IMG/VR virus record: IMGVR_UViG_3300032287_002972
Span: 32,001 to 96,000 of that record
Strand: one strand, 5' to 3'
Source of the DNA: a virus
DNA: 64,000 bases
Part shown: piece by piece, positions 60,821 to 64,000 of the stretch
How the letters are laid out: each line of letters starts with the position of its first letter
How positions within the stretch are numbered: position 1 is the first letter of the stretch
Position numbers and translations under genes: made by a program
The notes under the pieces: generated by a model
Database searches by the model: none
Seen by the model: only the letters and a program-made list of their open reading frames with translations
Told to the model about the DNA's origin: nothing

Positions 60821-60936
60821 ATTTTCCGTCCACGGTGACGTGAAAAATTATTTTAAAAAAAAAGATAAAATAAATTTGGTTATATCAGAATATAGTTTTA
60901 TCTTTGGGTATTGTTAAAATTAAAAAAAAATCAGTC

Positions 60937-61158
60937 ATGAGAATCAAGGAAAAAATTTCAGAAATCTTAGTTGTATGTTTTTGTTTATTTACCCTTACAG
61001 TAGGGTTGAATATCATTATTGAAAACACATTACCTTTAGGGGTAATTATTTTCAGTTTTATGGTATCAATTTTAACCCTATTACTTAGTGTAGTATTAAT
61101 AGGGTCATGGGTAAAGGAATATAGAGAAGAAAAGAAAAGAAGAAATAGGTCTTTTTAA
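60937..61158 (+). CDS. cassette gene 4, two-TM membrane protein (start revised)
   Basis: the TTG at 60904 lies inside the -7 promoter box; MRIKEK start with two TM helices. Confidence 0.7.
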   Translation: MRIKEKISEILVVCFCLFTLTVGLNIIIENTLPLGVIIFSFMVSILTLLLSVVLIGSWVKEYREEKKRRNRSF

Positions 61159-61259
61159 ACCTAAGACATAGTGGTATGTTTTTGTGTCCCCGACTATTAT
61201 AGTTGGGGATTTTTTTTGTCTGTACTTTTGGTTGACGAGAAGACAATAGTTAAATAAAA

Positions 61260-61307
61260 TTAGTGGGGCAAGTACCCTATGGAATGGTGAGGTCGTTGCC
61301 CCACTAA
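61260..61307. repeat. inter-cassette hairpin 4 (loop A)
   Basis: identical to hairpin 2. Confidence 0.95.
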
Positions 61308-61420
61308 TTTTTCCGTGGACGGTGGTGTAATTTTATTTTTAAAATAATATAAAATAAATTTGGTTATATCAAATATTATTATTAGATTTATACTTTAGTT
61401 AATTACAAAAACAAACAACG

Positions 61421-61741
61421 ATGGAAATTACACAAAAAAAGAAATGGAAACAAACTATTGGAATTAAGGGTTATTATAGACCTATCAATTCCATTGGGGG
61501 TATTAAGTTTACTTACACTGATGAGAAAATTCCCACAAAGAAAATGAGGTCTGAATTAAAGAGATTTAAAAAGATTTTAAGACAACATGAAATTTCTTTT
61601 AGAACGGTTTTCTCTGAAAGTAGTTCACCAAATGTAGGTTACTTTTTTATTGTAGTTAGTCCCGAAAACTTAGAGAAAGGTAGTTACCTTTCTTATCTTT
61701 ATGGTAGAGAGAAAGACGTTCGTTTTTTCTTTAGTTATTAA
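61421..61741 (+). CDS. cassette gene 5, basic hypothetical protein
   Basis: own promoter and terminator. Confidence 0.75.
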   Translation: MEITQKKKWKQTIGIKGYYRPINSIGGIKFTYTDEKIPTKKMRSELKRFKKILRQHEISFRTVFSESSSPNVGYFFIVVSPENLEKGSYLSYLYGREKDVRFFFSY

Positions 61742-61790
61742 TGAAAGACCCCGAATGAAAGTTCGGGGTTCCTTATTGGGTAATACAAAA

Positions 61791-61845
61791 TTAGTGGGGC
61801 AACCGTATGACAGTATGGGGGTAGGTATGACACTTGCCCCACTAA
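61791..61845. repeat. inter-cassette hairpin 5 (loop B, 31 nt)
   Basis: loop ccgtatgacagtatgggggtaggtatgacac. Confidence 0.95.
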
Positions 61846-61958
61846 TTCGAGTTTGTTCAGGAGGTAAAAAAATTTTTTTAAAATAATATAAGATAAATTT
61901 GGTTATATCGGAAAATAGATTTATCTTTGGGTATTGTTAATTTTTAAAACTTATTACC

Positions 61959-62249
61959 ATGATTAAATTTAAAAATATTAAGGAATGTAAAGATTATTTA
62001 CGTTCAAATGGATTAAGAAAAGGAATGTTTTTTGTTGAATCTGAAGGATTCGATTCTTTCTACACACTTGAAAAAACAAAAAATTCAAGAGTTCATTCTC
62101 TTACAGGTGAGATAACGAGGTTTAAAATTAATGTTGATTCTAATAAAATAAGATTAGTTCATTCAAAAAAGAACACGTTTTCTAAATCAGATAAGTTGAG
62201 TATGTTTAAAATACCTTCATTAAAGGAAAAGATACAACAACGTCATTAA
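61959..62249 (+). CDS. cassette gene 6, basic hypothetical protein
   Basis: own promoter and terminator. Confidence 0.75.
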   Translation: MIKFKNIKECKDYLRSNGLRKGMFFVESEGFDSFYTLEKTKNSRVHSLTGEITRFKINVDSNKIRLVHSKKNTFSKSDKLSMFKIPSLKEKIQQRH

Positions 62250-62299
62250 CAAAACAACCCTGAACGAAAGTTCGGGGTTTTCTTTTGGGTAATACAAAA

Positions 62300-62374
62300 T
62301 TAGTGGGGCAACCGTATGACAGTATGGGGATAGGTATGACAATATGGGGATAGGTATGACACTTGCCCCACTAA
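62300..62374. repeat. inter-cassette hairpin 6 (loop B with a 20-nt duplication, 51 nt)
   Basis: (g/a)tatggggataggtatgaca occurs twice. Confidence 0.95.
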
Positions 62375-62486
62375 TTTTTCCGTCCACGGTGACGTGAAAA
62401 ATTATTTTTAAAATAATATATAATTTTTTTGTTTATATTAAAACTTATATTATCTTTGTGAATCATTCACATTAAAACAAATAATA

Positions 62487-63341
62487 ATGAAACAGAAAAC
62501 GGAAACGTATGTAAGGGAAAGGAAAAATTTACCTTTACTTATTGGTATGGGGTTGTTTATTTCTTTTTTATTAGGTTATATATATAGACCTATTGAATTT
62601 GAAAATGAACCTGAACCTGAACCTGAACCTGAACCTTATTATGAATCAAAAATCGTTCCTACGGTTAAGGTGGAAACGGTTTTCGTGGAAAAAAAGAAAG
62701 AATTACCAAAAGGTTTAAAAGAGTTTAAACCTATTGTACCGTCTAACTATGAGATAAGAAATTGGGGTTATGTAAACAGAAAAATGAAAATAGGTGAATT
62801 AAGAGAATTTTTAACATTAAGGGGTTTTAGGAATATTGATAAATTAACTTTACATAAATTAAGACGAGTTTATTTAGGGTATAGGTATCAAGATATGTTA
62901 ATGAAAGTACATGAATTAACAGATTTTCCATTATCAATGTTATATTCTTTCTTTATTATTGAATCAACAAAAAATGGTATTGAAACTGACCTTTGGAGGG
63001 TACATTCTAATTCGGGTGGTATTAAATCTATAAAAGGTTATGGAAGTGTTTCTTTTTTAACGAGAGAAGTAATAAGGGGTAGGAATGTTAGATTAAAACA
63101 AAGGTTCTTTAGTGGTAAAAATACTGATGAGGGAATTGAAGTTTGGAGTAAGGTACTTAATTCGGGTAGATATTATGAATGTAAAAAAGTAAACTACAAA
63201 TTACCCAAACCAAAACTATATGAGAAAATATGTAAATGTATCTACGAAAATGGGTATCATACTGACAGGGACTATAAATTTAGGTCATCATTAATGAAAG
63301 AATTTTGGGAAATTAAACGTGACCATTTTCCAAGAACTTAA
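62487..63341 (+). CDS. cassette gene 7, membrane-anchored GH73/FlgJ-like glucosaminidase
   Basis: N-terminal TM, (EP)n linker, IIES...NSGGIK...GYHTDRDY. Confidence 0.65.
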   Translation: MKQKTETYVRERKNLPLLIGMGLFISFLLGYIYRPIEFENEPEPEPEPEPYYESKIVPTVKVETVFVEKKKELPKGLKEFKPIVPSNYEIRNWGYVNRKMKIGELREFLTLRGFRNIDKLTLHKLRRVYLGYRYQDMLMKVHELTDFPLSMLYSFFIIESTKNGIETDLWRVHSNSGGIKSIKGYGSVSFLTREVIRGRNVRLKQRFFSGKNTDEGIEVWSKVLNSGRYYECKKVNYKLPKPKLYEKICKCIYENGYHTDRDYKFRSSLMKEFWEIKRDHFPRT

Positions 63342-63392
63342 AAAGGAAACCTCGAATGAAAATTCGGGGTTTTTTAATGAATCAAAACGAAA

Positions 63393-63438
63393 TTAGTGGG
63401 GCAAAGGTCGATGGATAGATGGGTCGTTGCCCCACTAA
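63393..63438. repeat. inter-cassette hairpin 7 (loop C, 22 nt)
   Basis: loop aggtcgatggatagatgggtcg. Confidence 0.95.
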
Positions 63439-63558
63439 ATTTTCCGTCCACGGTGACGTGAAAAATTATTTTTAAAATAAAATAAAATAAATTTGTTTAT
63501 ATCAAACTAATTTTGTAGATTTACGTCATAATTGTTTAACCACTTAAATATTATTACC

Positions 63559-63975
63559 GTGAGGAACATTTTAAAAGAAGAATGGGAAAAAGGAAATGTT
63601 GTCCCAACTAAATTTGTGTTTGTCTTTAAAGACAATGAATTAATAACCTTTGGTGTTGACCAAAACGGGGTTAATGAATTAACTCCTACTTTAACACACA
63701 ATTTATTTGAAAATTTATTTGAATGTGGAATGTTATCGTTCTTTGATGATATTTCTGAAATGGTTATCCATGTTTCAATACACTTCGTAAAATACGAAGG
63801 TAAAATAAAATTGTGTATTGAAACCAACCACTACAATGTCATTAATAATGACTACGTTAAAATTGATAGGGAATGTGATTGTGTAATACCGATTAGTGAC
63901 TTCTTTGAAACTGATGATGAAATTTGTGAGTTTAACAAACCAATATTCTCTACGTCATTCTTTTCACTAAACTAA
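63559..63975 (+). CDS. cassette gene 8, hypothetical protein (GTG start by homology with the gene 3 leader)
   Basis: ttattacc-GTG mirrors ttattacc-ATG at 60429; terminator truncated by the window end. Confidence 0.7.
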   Translation: MRNILKEEWEKGNVVPTKFVFVFKDNELITFGVDQNGVNELTPTLTHNLFENLFECGMLSFFDDISEMVIHVSIHFVKYEGKIKLCIETNHYNVINNDYVKIDRECDCVIPISDFFETDDEICEFNKPIFSTSFFSLN

Positions 63976-64000
63976 ATAAAGACCCTCGAATGAAAGTTCG

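Noticed and set aside
61701-61886. 61-aa ORF across terminator and hairpin 5; also 63507..63827 on the minus strand
   Set aside because: The first runs through repeated regulatory elements; the second is antisense to a better-supported cassette gene.
59765-63438. CRISPR or TIGR-like guide array
   Set aside because: The repeats are inverted pairs separated by whole genes, loops are reused identically, and no cas or guide-binding gene is visible.
1-64000. Stop-codon reassignment, introns or inteins in core genes
   Set aside because: Capsid, portal, terminase, protease and ClpC read uninterrupted at plausible lengths in the standard code.
1-64000. tRNA or rRNA genes
   Set aside because: No cloverleaf recognised by eye other than the tRNA-like domain of the tmRNA; tRNAscan-SE would confirm.

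Overview
This window is a very AT-rich segment of a large T4-like (jumbo-type) dsDNA phage. The host is probably in Bacteroidota, based on TTTG-N~20-TAnnTTTG promoters and SD-less, A-rich translation starts. It contains: (i) the head and packaging core (gp23-like major capsid, acidic scaffold, gp21-like protease, gp20 portal, gp17 terminase); (ii) a protein-quality-control block (Hsp20, N-domain-less ClpC-type ATPase, and a tmRNA absent from the ORF track); (iii) a glycosylation cluster, GH19 endolysin, holin-like genes and nucleotide-metabolism genes; (iv) roughly 25-30 late genes whose unrelated cargo domains (five ADP-ribosyltransferase-like, zincin, HD, Cys-His catalytic folds, and a 7-member helical-repeat family) carry a few recurring short terminal peptides, consistent with a capsid-loading system for injected effectors; (v) a palindrome and G-tract cluster at the strand switch near 59.0 kb, followed by an array of one-gene expression cassettes (host promoter-ORF-terminator). 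The cassettes are separated by seven copies of a 12-bp inverted repeat (TTAGTGGGGCAA...TTGCCCCACTAA), and one loop type occurs in both orientations. Items (iv) and (v) are the best candidates for undescribed systems. All protein calls come from motifs read by eye; no database searches were run.
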